From assembly GCA_951406725.2 (NCBI GenBank), contig OX597831.1, positions 17,918,001-17,982,000 on the forward strand: a DNA stretch of 64,000 nucleotides. Reading direction: 5' to 3'. Positions within the stretch are counted from its first letter, which is position 1, and each line of letters starts with the position of its first letter. Made by a program: the position numbers and the translations under genes. Below the pieces are notes generated by a model. It saw only the letters and a list, made by a program, of their open reading frames with translations, did not search any database and was not told the DNA's origin. Positions 26,835 to 40,342 of the stretch are shown here, piece after piece. The DNA comes from Octopus vulgaris (taxonomy: Eukaryota).

Positions 26835-28834
26835 TCTGACGTGTTCGGACGTTTTTTTTTTGCTGCTCTAGTTGCCACGTGCTTCGACGTGAAATGTTGA
26901 ATTTTTGACTCGACTACAAGGTAGGCGTTTTGTATTTTTGGGGGCTTAGTGAATTTTATTGCTTGCATTTAATGTTTTTTAGCATTTAATATTTTTTAGC
27001 GGGTAATAAACTCCACTTTGCTCCAAATATATTTTTTCTGCCTGTGGTCGAGTATAAAGTCTCACTTTGTAGTGAGAATTGTGTTTTTTTTTAAGAGGCG
27101 TAGCCCCACCTCAAAAATTAACGTGTGTAATTGCTTTTGTCTTCGGATTTACCAACGGAGTACCAAGAATATTAACACAAGTGAATTACCAGTGGCCTGG
27201 AATACCTTTTTGGCCGGGAAAAAAGAAGAAAGAAAAAAAATTATAACAATTCCTTTGCCTGGATTTGAACTCTCTTCTGCTATCTTTTATTTAAAAAGAA
27301 ACTTTTTTGAACTGCTGTTTCTAATTTTGTTTCTTCCCTTCTGTTCTGTTTTTTCTTCTTCTTTTTTTTTGTCTATTTATTTTTATCACGTTGTACTATT
27401 TTTTGAACTTTTGTTATGGCAAAGGAGTTTACCATATGGGAGTTGACACCTCCGAAAAGTTATCTGAAGGAGCTAGAGGACAAAACCGTGGTTTTGAGGA
27501 CTTATTCAAAGTCGCTCAACACCATGGCTGTCTTTCCGAAGGCCACTATTATTAACGAGCTGGCAGACTATATGCCAGCCGTTAAATACATCGCACGGGG
27601 AGTCAAATACGCAACGGTTTGGTTGCTGTTTAACTCCCCTAAAGCAGCTTGCGACTTTGCAAGCAAGCCCATTGAGGGCAAGGAGATATTGTTCCTCCCT
27701 AATTACAAGGGACAAAAATTGTTGAGAGCTTGGGTCTGCGGCTTGCCACCCGGCGTTGAACCCGAGTGGATAGATGACTCTATCCGCCGGGGTCTGGATG
27801 GTAGCAGCGCCAAGCTCCTAAACGTAAGGATAAAGCCTGCGGCTGATTGGGAGGGATCAAAGGATACTTTGACCCTATGGACCCAATCACCGAAAAGTCT
27901 GGTTTTGCAGGACTTCTTGAGGATGGCCGGGTCCAGGTATCCGGTGATGCTTGAGGGACCCCCCCCAAGTAGGATCCTGGAGAAGTTGATATCGGAGCCT
28001 CTCCCTGCCCCACCAATAGAGGGAGAGAGACAGAGCGAGGAAGCGGTGACTTCCTCAAGGAGAAAACAAAAAGTGGGGAACAATGCTGACCCACTAAAAG
28101 ACCCGGAAGCTACGGGAGAAAGAGTGGATCCGGCGTGTACAACACCGGAACCTCAACCTTCCGTGGCCCACGGTAAAAAGAAAAAAAGAAAGAAGAGAAA
28201 CAGAACGCCGCCAGCGGATTGTAACACGCAGACGGCGTGTCCCATGTCTCCTCCGGCGGTTGTGGGGCTGGAGAAATATTATGTAATCCACTTCTACAAA
28301 GGAGGAATATTAGAAAATGAAACACGTAAAATGAGGAAGAGAAGCCAATGGGAGGGACTTCGGTCCTGTGTGGAGGATACCGAGTGGCCTCCACAGCTGG
28401 CTGCGGAGGTCCGATTCCATAACGATCGGTGCAGGATCGAGAATTCTCTCCCGGAGGAGTCCTTTCATTTTATACCGGTATGCGTGGGCCTGACGAGGAA
28501 CGATTGCGTCAATAAAGCAAGAGCGTTCATCAGCCGGGTAACGTGAACCTGTTTTTGTATTATATTGAGATAGAGGTTTATTGCCTCTGGAAACATTTTT
28601 GAATTTGTAATTTGTAAAATTTGGAATATTTGTGAAATTTTGGAACTTTTGTGAAATTTTGGAAATTTTGTGAAATTATTGAAAAAAGAACAATGTCTTA
28701 GAGAAGCGGAAGTCGGCGGGCGCTTTCGTCTTCTCCCATCACAATCTTCATTCCATCACCATCATTCATTAAAGTCTATGTCCAGCCCGTAGCTACTATC
28801 TGTGTACTGCCCTAGTGGCAAATTAAATAAAATA
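26835..28834 (+). mobile_element. ORF1-only non-LTR retroelement
   Basis: 16-bp TSD aagtagctcgctaacc / aagtagcttgctaacc; A-rich 3' end; one ORF, no RT or endonuclease motifs seen. Confidence 0.8.
27416..28546 (+). CDS. 376-aa L1/Tx1 ORF1-like protein (RRM-like region, basic KKKKRKKR tract, no CCHC knuckle)
   Basis: Longest ATG-started intact ORF in the window; RAWVCGLPPGVEPEWI resembles an ORF1 RRM start (pattern recognition only). Confidence 0.65.
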   Translation: MAKEFTIWELTPPKSYLKELEDKTVVLRTYSKSLNTMAVFPKATIINELADYMPAVKYIARGVKYATVWLLFNSPKAACDFASKPIEGKEILFLPNYKGQKLLRAWVCGLPPGVEPEWIDDSIRRGLDGSSAKLLNVRIKPAADWEGSKDTLTLWTQSPKSLVLQDFLRMAGSRYPVMLEGPPPSRILEKLISEPLPAPPIEGERQSEEAVTSSRRKQKVGNNADPLKDPEATGERVDPACTTPEPQPSVAHGKKKKRKKRNRTPPADCNTQTACPMSPPAVVGLEKYYVIHFYKGGILENETRKMRKRSQWEGLRSCVEDTEWPPQLAAEVRFHNDRCRIENSLPEESFHFIPVCVGLTRNDCVNKARAFISRVT

Positions 28835-29330
28835 AAGTAGCTTGCTAACCAACCACATGGTTCCGGGTTCAGACCCACTGCGTGGCATCTTGGGCAATTG
28901 TCTTATGCTATAGCCCCGGGCCGACCAATGCCTTGTGAGTGGATTTGGTAGACGTAAACAGAAAGAAGCCTGTCGTATATAAGTATATATATATGTCTGC
29001 GTGTGTGTATGTGTTTGTGTGTCTGTGTTTGTCCCCTAGCATTGCTTGACAACCGATGGTGGTGTCTTTCCGTGCCCGTCACTTAGCGGTTCGGCAAAAG
29101 AGACCGATAGAATAAGTACTGGGCTTACAAAGAAAAAGTCCCAGGGTCCTTTTGCTCCACTAAAAGGCGGTGCTCCAGCATGGCTACAGTCAAATGACTG
29201 AAACAAGTAAAAGAGTAAAAGAGTATATATATAACTATCAAATGTATTAAAAGTTTAATATAATATAAAGAGTAAACCCACTACGATCGTCACATGCCCA
29301 TAAACAAATTGATTTGCCTAATAGTGGTTT

Positions 29331-29367
<37 letters not shown>

Positions 29368-29394
29368 AGCATTATTATATCTCAGAATGAGATA

Positions 29395-29440
<46 letters not shown>

Positions 29441-29449
29441 CATACATAT

Positions 29450-30625
29450 ATACACGGTGAGGTGGATAAATTATCGCCATTTTATATATTTAATTTCGAG
29501 CATGCGCATTATTTGATTTTGCCTTTGTCGAACACAGTATAGTAAGGTCGGTTGGACATTGTCGGTGAGAAAACAACAATACCATGACGTAATTCACTCT
29601 GCCAGAAATCTGGAGAGGACATACTGTACTGCTGGGAATTCACGCAAGAAACTCCAAGACGAAGATTTCTGAGTGTTTGGGTATCACTCAGAGGATAATG
29701 GAGATGATTTGAAAAAAGTTGGATGGATGAGTCAAATGTTGGTTATAAAGGTACGGCAGCTTTTAAAACTACTCTCATCGTTCTTGTGAGAAAAGAACTC
29801 CTGAATTTGTTGGTGAGATCCAGGCCATAATTGTCAATGATCCCTTTAAAACGATCACTCCCAACTGTAGGACATGTGTATGTCTGTTTACTTTATGAGG
29901 CATGTAGTGCATGAATACATCTAGTATTCATCATAAATGTTGCGATGGCCCAGAATTTATCTGAATCAAATAAGAACACGAGGAAATACCGCGTTACTGA
30001 GGTTTTGAAAAGACGCAAGAATCCCTTCTAACCAAACATGCTTTGATTTTTCTCAGACGAAAGAAGTCTCTGCCGGGATCATATGGTGAACATGCAGAGG
30101 AAACATTGACTTCCCGTGTCCCCAAAACATTTACCGAGATCAAAAATAAAAGATCCAATCAACATCATGGTGTTTGCAAAGATTACCTGTAGTGGCGAGC
30201 GAAGTTATGCTCGAATAATCTTCCCATACGGCCTCACACTCAAACTGAGGCCTAAATCAAGTGCTTGGAGGAGAAATTGCTGTCCTGGGCACAATGGGTG
30301 TTAGATGAATGGCCCTATCTTGCAACAGCTCTCTACACAATGTCACACAAGCAAGAAAACACAGTCATGGCCGTCTGTCACTTTCTGCAAACCCATCATC
30401 CTTAACATCTGGCCACCTAACTCACCAGACGGAGAGAACCATTGATTATTATGCGCGAGGCGCAGTTGAGTTCCAAGGGATTGCGAATTCGTCTGGAGGT
30501 CGCAATTGAAACGAATGAGGAATATATTGAATATAGATTTTGTTTGGTATTTCAAGATACTTTTCTGTAATCGTGGCAAATATAGCTTTTAAAATGAGAT
30601 GGCAGTGCTATTTTCATTTTTGCGT
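29450..30625 (+). mobile_element. Tc1/mariner-superfamily relic (maT/DD37D-like)
   Basis: FFSDE, NIMVF.KIT..G, IIFPYGL, WPPNSPD fragments. Confidence 0.65.
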
Positions 30626-30728
30626 GATCTAGACAATATATGGGTATGTATTTCTCTCTCTGTCTCTCTGTCTCTCTCTGTCTCTCTTTCGCTCTCTCTT
30701 ATTTATATATATATACATATATATATAT

Positions 30729-30794
<66 letters not shown>

Positions 30795-31181
30795 CAAACG
30801 AAACCTGAATTTACCATGCAGATACCTACTACAAAGGACATGATATACACACATCGTCAACAACACCACCTAAGAACAGTGGAAATAGCAGCTCAGCAGA
30901 TAAAATGAATTCTTCCCAGCTGTAGTTATGGAAGAAACCGTGACTTCAAAACGCATTTTTTCTTGGAGTCATAAATTAAACGTTCAGTTATTTATCCGTT
31001 ACAAACGAGCGTAAAAAGCCCTCGGGTTGGCTAAAACATATACGCATGTATATGCATGCATGCATAAGTACCTACAAACAAAAATAACACAGACACAAAC
31101 CCAGAGACGGCACTTCACCCCATGCCATATTCACGTATATATGTATGTATATATATACAAATACATTTGTGTGTGTGTGTG

Positions 31182-31237
<56 letters not shown>

Positions 31238-31313
31238 GGTGTCCACAAAGTCTGGGTACATGGGGATTAACACGTACTTTAAGAAATAATTATTCCTTAT
31301 GTTTGATTCTTTG

Positions 31314-31381
<68 letters not shown>

Positions 31382-31997
31382 TTCGCTTCGTTCCGTTTCT
31401 TATCCTCCGAGTATTGTTTTATTATATATATGTACTGAACCTGTCGAAGGCAATCCTACACGTAGAAACATGACGTTCTTTTGAAATTCTCCCTAAGGAA
31501 TTAACCAATTGACATGTTTCGAATATGGGTATTTGATTTGAAATTTATTTCTTTATGTGAATTGATTGGACGTGGAAAGAGCTAAAGGCAAGAAAATCTT
31601 TGCATGAATTTCAATGTTTTTAAGTAAATAATATATGTCAGTGAATCTTAGCCATTTTCGTGATTTTCTCATTCATGAATTTTATTTTTAAATACCTATA
31701 AAGTTTAATGCTAAACTAACATACATGCTCTTCATTTAATGCTGGTATAAACGGGATGACCATGATGCACACGCCCCTTAAGGGAATTAAGTTCCTTGTC
31801 TTAATAGAATATTTATATGAAATCATATACAAACAAAGGTTTACACGCACACACGCACATAGAAGTAAACAGATAGATAAAGTCACTAAGAATATAACAA
31901 TAGCATCTCAGATGAGGCCAAAATTGGTTTGGTTAAAAAGAGATCGCTGAGAGAGACATTTATTAGACGGGGCTTAATTATTTCCTTGGTAAATATG

Positions 31998-32088
31998 TCA
32001 TATTAAAGATGGCAGGCATGATGCGAAAATCTTGCCGCCTGTCTCTAAGTGCTGAAGACAGCAAAAGTTCTCAAATTTGCGACAAAAT
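31998..32088 (-). CDS. Gene B candidate terminal exon: (R)FCRKFENFCCLQHLETGGKIFASCLPSLI* in phase 2, otherwise short or UTR
   Basis: Acceptor attcttgttacag|; AATAAA on the minus strand at 31959-31964 shortly after the stop. Confidence 0.45.
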
Positions 32089-32475
32089 CTGTAACAAGAA
32101 TAGCGGTTTGCAGTAGACTGTAATTTCTGCACAGGTCAATGATACTCTGATATGTAAATCGTCTCGATGGTATATTGATAAACCTATTAGCAATATTAAT
32201 ATATTATAATGAAATCAAAACAAAGATCAAAAGATTATTCGACTGCTTATCTAATGTTCTTGGTTTTGGCTTCATTATAATACAGCAATTATAATTATAA
32301 TAAATACAATTATTATAATTCTACAAACGTAATACACTACAAACTGCCAATGTTATTAGCTCGTGGATTCCTTATTAGAGGTTGCTTAATGAATCTGCAT
32401 TACAATGATTCAATAATACATGGTAGTATTCCGGTTATATTAAAAATAGCTATTCTATATTTAAATGTTGAAGAA

Positions 32476-32968
<493 letters not shown>

Positions 32969-33033
32969 TACTAGGGCTCTACCAAGGCTAGCACAGTAAT
33001 TATTGATGGAATAGTTTCGATGAAATAACTTAC

Positions 33034-33060
33034 CTTATATTGGTTACTTTTGAAAAGGAA
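33034..33060 (-). CDS. Gene B micro-exon 7 (27 nt); reading frame unresolved (VPFQK*, SSFSKVTNIR or FLFKSNQYK)
   Basis: gctttctgatttcag|TTCCTTTTCAAAAGTAACCAATATAAG|gtaagt; consensus splice sites. Confidence 0.65.
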
Positions 33061-33300
33061 CTGAAATCAGAAAGCAAATATCATAGGTGAAAATCTACGA
33101 CACAGTATAAGTACTTATCCAGATTCGTTTGGCATCACGTGCCAGTTAAACAAAGACTTAATATTTGTTGGTACGTATGTGCATTGGCTTTTGGTTGTTG
33201 AATATGATAGTGGGAAAATAATACTGGCTGCTTTTTCTAGTTTGCCGATTTCCCGTAAAGGGAGTGAGTAGATAATAATAAAGCACATACTGGCACTCAC

Positions 33301-33319
33301 CTATTTGCTTTGATGCAGT
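33301..33319 (-). CDS. Gene B micro-exon 6 (19 nt): TASKQI (phase 0) or xCIKAN (phase 1)
   Basis: tgatttccgtttag|ACTGCATCAAAGCAAATAG|gtgagt. The paralogous position lies outside the window. Confidence 0.6.
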
Positions 33320-33841
33320 CTAAACGGAAATCACAGAGCGAATTGCTGCAGAGGTGAATGTTGCGTTTCGTTAATGCTATCATGGAAAGATAGAGACTAT
33401 GTTGCGAAATAGTTGGGTTCCAACTGATTAAATATATTAGAAAATTAACGATAAATGTAATTAACTTAAAAAATTAACGATAAATGCAATTACTTTCAAG
33501 AGAGTAGATTGCACAATCCTTATGTAATACCAGCCGCTTTTTTTTTCAGATTAAAATGTTTTTAATAGTTAATTCATCTTGTTTTTATATTTATGAATGC
33601 GCTAATCTTGATATATGTTTGTGGCAGTCATGTAAAACTTGGAATGATATTCTAATTATTTTTACAGACCTACGATATTTACCCAACAATTACCAATGGG
33701 TATATTACAGTTATGTAATTCTAGGGCTGATTTAATTATCAGCAAAGGTGTTAGGCCTTGGTGTCCTTAATGAAAAATGTCTAAAGGATCTGCTTTACAA
33801 TGAGTAAATATTGTGAAATAATATTATAATCATGGCTACAA

Positions 33842-34653
33842 TAAAAGATTTTATCAAAAGGCTCCCGCCGTATTCGAAATATTGACCCTGTACAGCAATA
33901 TACCGATCAGAGCGTTACTACAACTTTTATAGTTCGGCCTGGAATTTGTTTTCGCAAGCGAGTCGAGGACATTCTGCAATTCACTCTGGACCTTGACATC
34001 GGTGTTGAAACGGTGACATTTGAGCTGGTGTCTGCAGGTGCTAAGTCTGGCGAATAGTGCGGGTGCAGAAAACATACCATGTTGTTTTTGGTGAGAAACT
34101 ACGGATGAGGAGAGCTCGGGCAAGAATCCAGTTATTCGCGCTCCAGTGATCCAGTCGTTTCCATCGCATGTTTCTCCCTCAAACGTTTTAAAACGTTGCA
34201 GATCAACTCTTGATTGACGACTTGGCCTTGACAGACGCATTTTCTATGCACAATGCTAAATTTCCAGGGAAGAATTTCTTGGCAGATCTTCCAGGTCTTT
34301 CATCGTCTTCCAGGCACGTTCTTCTGCTATTGAAGCATCCGTATCACTCGAAATATTGCTTCTTCGAAATTAGCTTGCCGAACTCTGCTCAGTATCTTTG
34401 TAGCAGACTTTCCAAGTTTAACGCAAAATTTCATTTTGGCTATTTTTTCCTGTCTATGACAAAATCGCAGACAACAGCATGCATGTGATCCCAAAATCTC
34501 ATATTTCACAACTTGCGAAGTAAACACAGAAATGCCATTCGGCACACTGCCCCATGAAGGTCACCATTAGCTCTCACTGCGCACACAACTGCCCGCTTTT
34601 ATATGCCAGTGCCTTACAAACCTTGGTCGGGAACTTGTTGATACAACATTGTA
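33842..34653 (-). mobile_element. Degraded mariner
   Basis: Imperfect TIRs tatcaaaaggctcccg / cgggaacttgttgata; MKFCVKLGKSATKI N-terminal motif. Confidence 0.75.
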
Positions 34654-34735
34654 ACATTTTAATACATACTGATAGAAGTGGAATCGAAGACAACGCATTA
34701 ATTTTTGATACAATTCTTAATATGAAATCGCATAC

Positions 34736-34756
34736 CTGTCTAGCTCGAGAGTTGTA
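34736..34756 (-). CDS. Gene B micro-exon 5 (21 nt): YNSRARQ if phase 0
   Basis: ttttgcttttcttttacag|TACAACTCTCGAGCTAGACAG|gtatgc. Strong sites, position conserved with 28-45. Confidence 0.75.
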
Positions 34757-34995
34757 CTGTAAAAGAAAAGCAAAATGCAAGTGTCAGGAATATGAATGCC
34801 ACATGAGTGTTTTTAATTTATCTTCATAAATATATCTTAATTAGGATGATCATTACGAAATATCATTATTATATTTTTGTGATAAGTGATAGTGCTGGCA
34901 AAGAACTAAATTTGTTGTCACCTGTGTTAATTAATTGCTGTAGTTGATGAAATATGATGGTAGTAAACTGCTACAAGCTGTTAATTCCATCTTAC

Positions 34996-35043
34996 CGATA
35001 CGAAACATAGCGTTAGTGATATATTTCGAAAATGAATTATTAT
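34996..35043 (-). CDS. Gene B candidate exon 4 (48 nt): IIIHFRNISLTLCFVS
   Basis: Conserved donor TATCG|gtaaga; HFRNxSLxLCFxS shared with gene A; acceptor weak (gttaaaag). Confidence 0.3.
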
Positions 35044-35711
35044 CTTTTAACCGCCAGTAAAATATGGTTTTTGGATTGAAGCGCTTTTCTCTCAATGAAA
35101 AAGATCATTAGAAATAGTTTTGTTACAGGAAAGCGGTTTTACTTTAGGTATACACCACCTTAAACGTGAGTCACTCTTTAATAACGTTAAGTCAATTTGT
35201 GGTTCCTGTAGCATAACATACTTCAAACCTCTGCATCATAATATGTTACAAAAGATTTTCATGAAAAGTAGGAATTGAAAATATTTTCAAATTTTCGTCA
35301 CTATATATATTTGACGGCGTAGCATGTTTATGGACAATCTGCTTACTATGACCCTAGTCTTTAAAATCTATGTAGAATGTCTGAGACGTCGACAGTGTAT
35401 TTATGATAATTATATTCACAACCACGTCTCTCGGATGCAATGGTAAGTTAACTTTATAATTTTATCATAACAACAGCATAGATGCACAAACCATATATTG
35501 GATAACAGTGCTATTTAAAATCTCGTTAAGAATATCAATTTAAGCATGCAGACTGTATACTCCGCAAGTAAACATTATTGTGTATTTCTCACAATGAATC
35601 GACAGATATTTCAAAATGAGTTAACATATATCAGATAACAAAATGACAGCTTTTCTTTAGGAGTTACATTTATTAAAAATGAAACATAAATACGTATAAA
35701 TTACAATGTAC

Positions 35712-35730
35712 CTCGCAATGGTGAGCAATT
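35712..35730 (-). CDS. Gene B micro-exon 3 (19 nt): IAHHCE
   Basis: gatgtttag|AATTGCTCACCATTGCGAG|gtacat. Phase 2 to 0; homologous to 1957-1978. Confidence 0.7.
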
Positions 35731-35899
35731 CTAAACATCAGGTAACATGTAGCGTTGTCGTCAGGTGTAAAACATTGTAAGAGGTCAGCATAACCACTGG
35801 AATAACACAAGACATTTTTGAAAGATCGTTTACAACTGGCAAATTCAATTTCTGCCTAGGAAATATAATACTGATGTCAATTTTATTCGATATATATGT

Positions 35900-36812
35900 A
35901 AGTAACAATGGGTTGCGAGGTGAGAATTTAAGGGAAGCAGTTTGCTTGACGTTTCCGCTTACAAAAGTTGCTTTAGCACGCTTATCAAGGTCGAAGTCCA
36001 TCCTGATGGCCGTTACTCAATACTTTAACAGTTGCTAGCAGCCCTACTAACTCTGTCCATTTCTAGCAAAAAGCATCAGATCGTCCCTATAAGACACATG
36101 GTGTATTTTCCTAATGTAAACTTTGAACCCATTCTTCGTGTTATTTAGTTCGTTTAAAAGTGGGATCAGAGCAATGCAAATGAGTAATGGGGGGAGGTAT
36201 TCACCTTCAAATATGCCTCGTTTGATGATGATGTTATTTTCTCTCATCCCATCAACATGGTTTAGAAGCAGACGTGTGTTTCACTTGGCCATGCTAACTT
36301 GTAAGAATTTGCAGATAGCAGGAGGGTTCCTATGTCTGTCAAGGACCTTGAGTATCGAATTATGCGGGACATCAAACGCTTTCCTATAGTCCATCCATGC
36401 CATACTCAGGATCTTCTATTTGCTCCGGCAATTGTCTAAAATTATTCTACTTATGAGTATTTGATCTCTTCCTCAATAGGTATTCCTTCAACAGCATTTT
36501 GTTTTTGTTGAAAAATATTTGTTCAAGGAAAGCGTATAGTCTGTGTTAATATGAATCTGAGGACCTTGTAGTTGGCGTTGAGACATCTTATTGGTCGGTA
36601 GTTCTTTGCATTGTTTTGTGTCTTCAGTTATTGGTAGAAGGTATGTTTTTCCATCGGTCAGCGAACCAGGTATTTGACCCGGTTTCTGGACGACACCAGT
36701 CAGGGATGCAGCGCAATTGTGGTGCACTTCCGTCACACAATTTAACCACATGTTAAGAAGCCGTTCTAGTCCTGGTGTTTTCAGTTTGTGAGACTACTTA
36801 AGGACACTCTGA
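35900..36812 (-). mobile_element. Dong/R4-clade RT fragment, old
   Basis: GKTYLLP, WMDYRKAFD, RGIFEG.YL.PLL.CIALIPL, YRDDL.LFA. Confidence 0.85.
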
Positions 36813-36814
36813 AA

Positions 36815-36951
36815 TCTTCTTCTTCTTCTTCTTCTTCTTCTTCTTCTTCTTCTTCTTCTTCTTCTTCTTCTTCTTCTTCTTCTTCTTCTTCTTCTTCTTC
36901 TTCTTCTTCTTCTTCTTCTTCTTTTTCTTCTTCTTCTTCTTCTTCTTCTTC

Positions 36952-36990
<39 letters not shown>
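36815..36990. repeat. (TTC)n then (TTA)n microsatellite; many other (TA)n, (CA)n and (TTA)n tracts throughout the window
   Basis: Directly visible. Confidence 0.98.
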
Positions 36991-36991
<1 letters not shown>

Positions 36992-38514
36992 TAAGCATAT
37001 GTTAATATGAAATAACGTAATAAAGTATATAATACTTACGTTTATGCATTTACCTATACATTGTTAATATTTCTAACTAGATTAAAATTAGTTGTATTTT
37101 CAGAGAGATAGTAAAAGTTTATACAAGAAATTTGTAGTAGAATGAAAGGGAAGCATTATAAAATATGATGTGTATGGTTGATGTTTTTTTATACCTCAAT
37201 GCTATTTGAAATCATTGTAATCTACGCTTGATTCTTAAAGTCGGCCCAGTTATTATATTATGCTTGCATATTTTGTTTGGTATAATTTATTATTTATTTG
37301 ATAGCCTCATTTATTTTTCTAGATTATATTTAGGTTAATCACAACAAATTAAACTAGTTCTGATGTTAGGCTATATTAATTATGTGTATAATAAATTTAC
37401 TTCGTTTTTCTTAAATTGTATTTGGGTTAACCACATCAAATTAACATTTTCAGACTCTCCAGCTTACTTCATTTGTGTTTACATGCAATATACTTTATTC
37501 AATACTTATTTTATATCCGATTTATACTTATAATATTTATTTTAATTATTTATGAATTTACAAATTGATCAATTTTCTAAAGGCATGTTTCTAGTACTGG
37601 TAACATGCCTATATTTTCAAACGTTAGTTTAACAATTTACCAATAATCTCCCACATTTCGAATACTGGCAAGAAGCTAATATGCATTCTCTTTTCTAGAA
37701 TTTATAATTTGTGTTTAGATTCTATTTCTTCGGCACATAAACAACACTTTCAGTGCGGAATATGCCAAGCCATGGTAAGACTTACAACCTCACATTTAAT
37801 CGAATAATCTTTATCTTTTAAAATCCGTATAAATTTCTGAGATCAATGTTATTAATTCTATATCTATTCCTAAAGCAAATTACGTGGTTTGCAATTCTTC
37901 GTTTAAACTTATCTTCAGTTGAACCAATGCAGTGTATCTCCTTCCTTCGCATTTATCTATACAGCTATATACCAAGTAAACCTGTTTACAATTATTATTA
38001 AGTTTATAATTTTGTTCAATTCTACAATCACAATTTCATGATTAAACTTTAATTTTTACCATTTCTACTATTACATTTCGGATGTGAATTATCATCGGTT
38101 AGATGCCTTATATTATTGTAATTTACCCTAAACTAACTTAAATTTCAGTTGATATAAAAAGTATCCAAAGTATCCAGGATATAAATGCCAAAGATCCTTT
38201 GAAAGGGAATGACCAACATTGAAAGATTTGGAATTAATAATTTCTCTATATGTATTATCCTTATTTAAATGTTTCTGTATTGATCATTAAATAGTTTTGA
38301 CTGTTTTTTAAAAAGTTGACTTTAAATGTTGATGATCAACCACAGAGTATTAGTTTTATTAAGACAACCATAATCCATAGCATGTATTTTTATTATTATT
38401 TATATTATGGCTATTATTATAAGAATGCTCAAATATATTCTTATCAATGCTGTTAGTTTCTACCTTACTGGAGTGTTCATATTTGCCTTTATTATTACAA
38501 TATTTATTACCAGA

Positions 38515-38905
38515 AAGGCGGCGAGCTGGCAAAAACGTTAGTACGCCGGGTGAAATACGTAGCCGTATTTCTTCTGCCGTTACGTTCTGAGTTCAAATTC
38601 CGCAGAGGTCGACTTTGCCTTTCATCCTTTCGGGGTTGATAAATAAAGTACCAGTTACGCACTGGGGTCGATATAATCGACTTAATCCGTTTGTCTGTAC
38701 TTTTTGTCTCCTCTGTGTTTAACCCTTTGTGGGTAGTAAAGAAATAGGTATTTCGTCTGTCTTTACGTTGTGGGTTCAAATTCCTCCGAGGTTGACCCCG
38801 TCTTTCAAACTCTTCGGGTCGATAAATTAAGCCCCAGTAGCATACTGAAGTCGATATAATCGACAGATTCCTCCACCAAAATTTCCGACCATCTGCCTAT
38901 ACTAG
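38515..38905 (+). mobile_element. SINE plus partial tandem second copy
   Basis: Reverse complement of the 8774-9006 family. Confidence 0.85.
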
Positions 38906-39204
38906 AAAAGAATATTTTTTATCAGGTTTCATGAGTGTATAATCATTGTTAGTATTTATTCCTAGACATTTGTTATTATTTTTCTCGTTTTAAAATCTTG
39001 ACAATGTACCCTGGGTTTTATTTCACTATATATATAATTGCTTCATGTATTGTATTATCATATGTAGCTTTAGTTTCTACATTATGTATTCAATTTGGGT
39101 TATCTAGTAATTTGTCTCATATGTTTTTACTGGGTCTCAGATAATTTTATTTTGTGCTTATATACTGCTTTTTAAATGCATCATTATAGAAGTTAGCAAT
39201 TGTG

Positions 39205-40342
39205 TTAGATAGTTAGTTAGTTAATTTGGCTCAAAAGCAAATAGCAAGGCCATGTAGGGGGACATGGAGTTAAGTACAGGGTGGAGTTCATGTAAAGAGT
39301 TCAGGCCACTTGAGGTCCAAGGAGGCTTTGAACAAAGCGGTCGTCGGCATCTTCAACATCTCGTCTTGCAGCTTGTTCCACGGATCCGCAACCCGGACGG
39401 AGAAAGCTCCTCTCCTTCGATTGAGATGAAATCGTCGCAGGTAGAGCTTTTCGGAATGACCCCGCAGCCGACGCTCTGGAGCAGGAGTGAAAAACAGCTC
39501 TTTCGAGAGGTTACACTTTCCGCTTATTATGTTGTGGGCGAGAATGAGATCACCACGGCGGCGGCGTTTTTCAAGAGAATAAAGGTCGAGCGTCCTCAGC
39601 CTCTCTTCGTAGGACAAATTTTTGAGACCATGAACCATGCGGGTAGCCAGCTTCTGGACTCTTTCGAGATGCTGTATGTCTTTGAGTAGATAAGGAGAAG
39701 AGGCTTGAATCCCATACTCCAATATGGGTCTCACCAGCGTGACATAGAGTGGTAGGAATATGGCTGCTGTGAGCATTCCGAATGACCGTCGAATCAAGAA
39801 CAGAATTCCGCGTGCTTTGTTGGCAGCATGGACGCACTGGGCCGAAGGCGAAAAGGAGGAATCCACCAAGATACCCAGGTCCTTTACCTGATCGGTCCTC
39901 TCCAGCAGCAGACGACCCGGCTCGAAATCAAGTTGAGTTGCAGGAGTAGAGCCGACAGGCAGATGACAGCACTTCGACACGTTCAGACACAGGTCCCAAT
40001 CGTTAGACCACTTCCAAATTTGGTGCAGGCATCGACGAAGATCCTCTATATTACCGCGAGGAGCGACCAGTTTGATATCGTCGGCAAATAGAAGGGTGTG
40101 TTGCGTGAGGTCGTCGGGCAAGTCATTTATGAAGACTAAGAACAACATGGGCCCAAGTACTGAACCTTGAGGCACGCCACTGCTCGCACTGGAGACGTCG
40201 GACCGCGAACCATTAACTTGGACTTGGAAGGAGCGATCTGAGAGGAAGGCACCAACCCATCGTATAATATCCGGATGGAAACTATATGCTTGAAGCTTGA
40301 CAAGTAATAGGCGGTGGTTTACCGAGTCAAAAGCTTTGGCAT
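39205..40342 (-). mobile_element. 5'-truncated young CR1 LINE
   Basis: Uninterrupted frame from AKAFDSVNH through GVPQGSVLGP and FADD to the stop at 39288; short (CTAA)n tail. Confidence 0.93.

Larger units (their letters stand above)
26796..29224 (+). mobile_element. tRNA-derived SINE split by a 2-kb insertion (SINE parts 26796-26834 and 28835-29224)
   Basis: The joined halves match the uninterrupted copy at 32476-32968. Confidence 0.9.
34710..35880. repeat. Tandem segmental duplication, copy B block
   Basis: Aligns to 1-2130 but lacks the SINE (~676-966) and mariner (~1171-1736) insertions. Confidence 0.92.

Noticed and set aside
35347-35353. 7-nt exon candidate GGTCATA
   Set aside because: Donor not conserved in gene A and poor pyrimidine tract.
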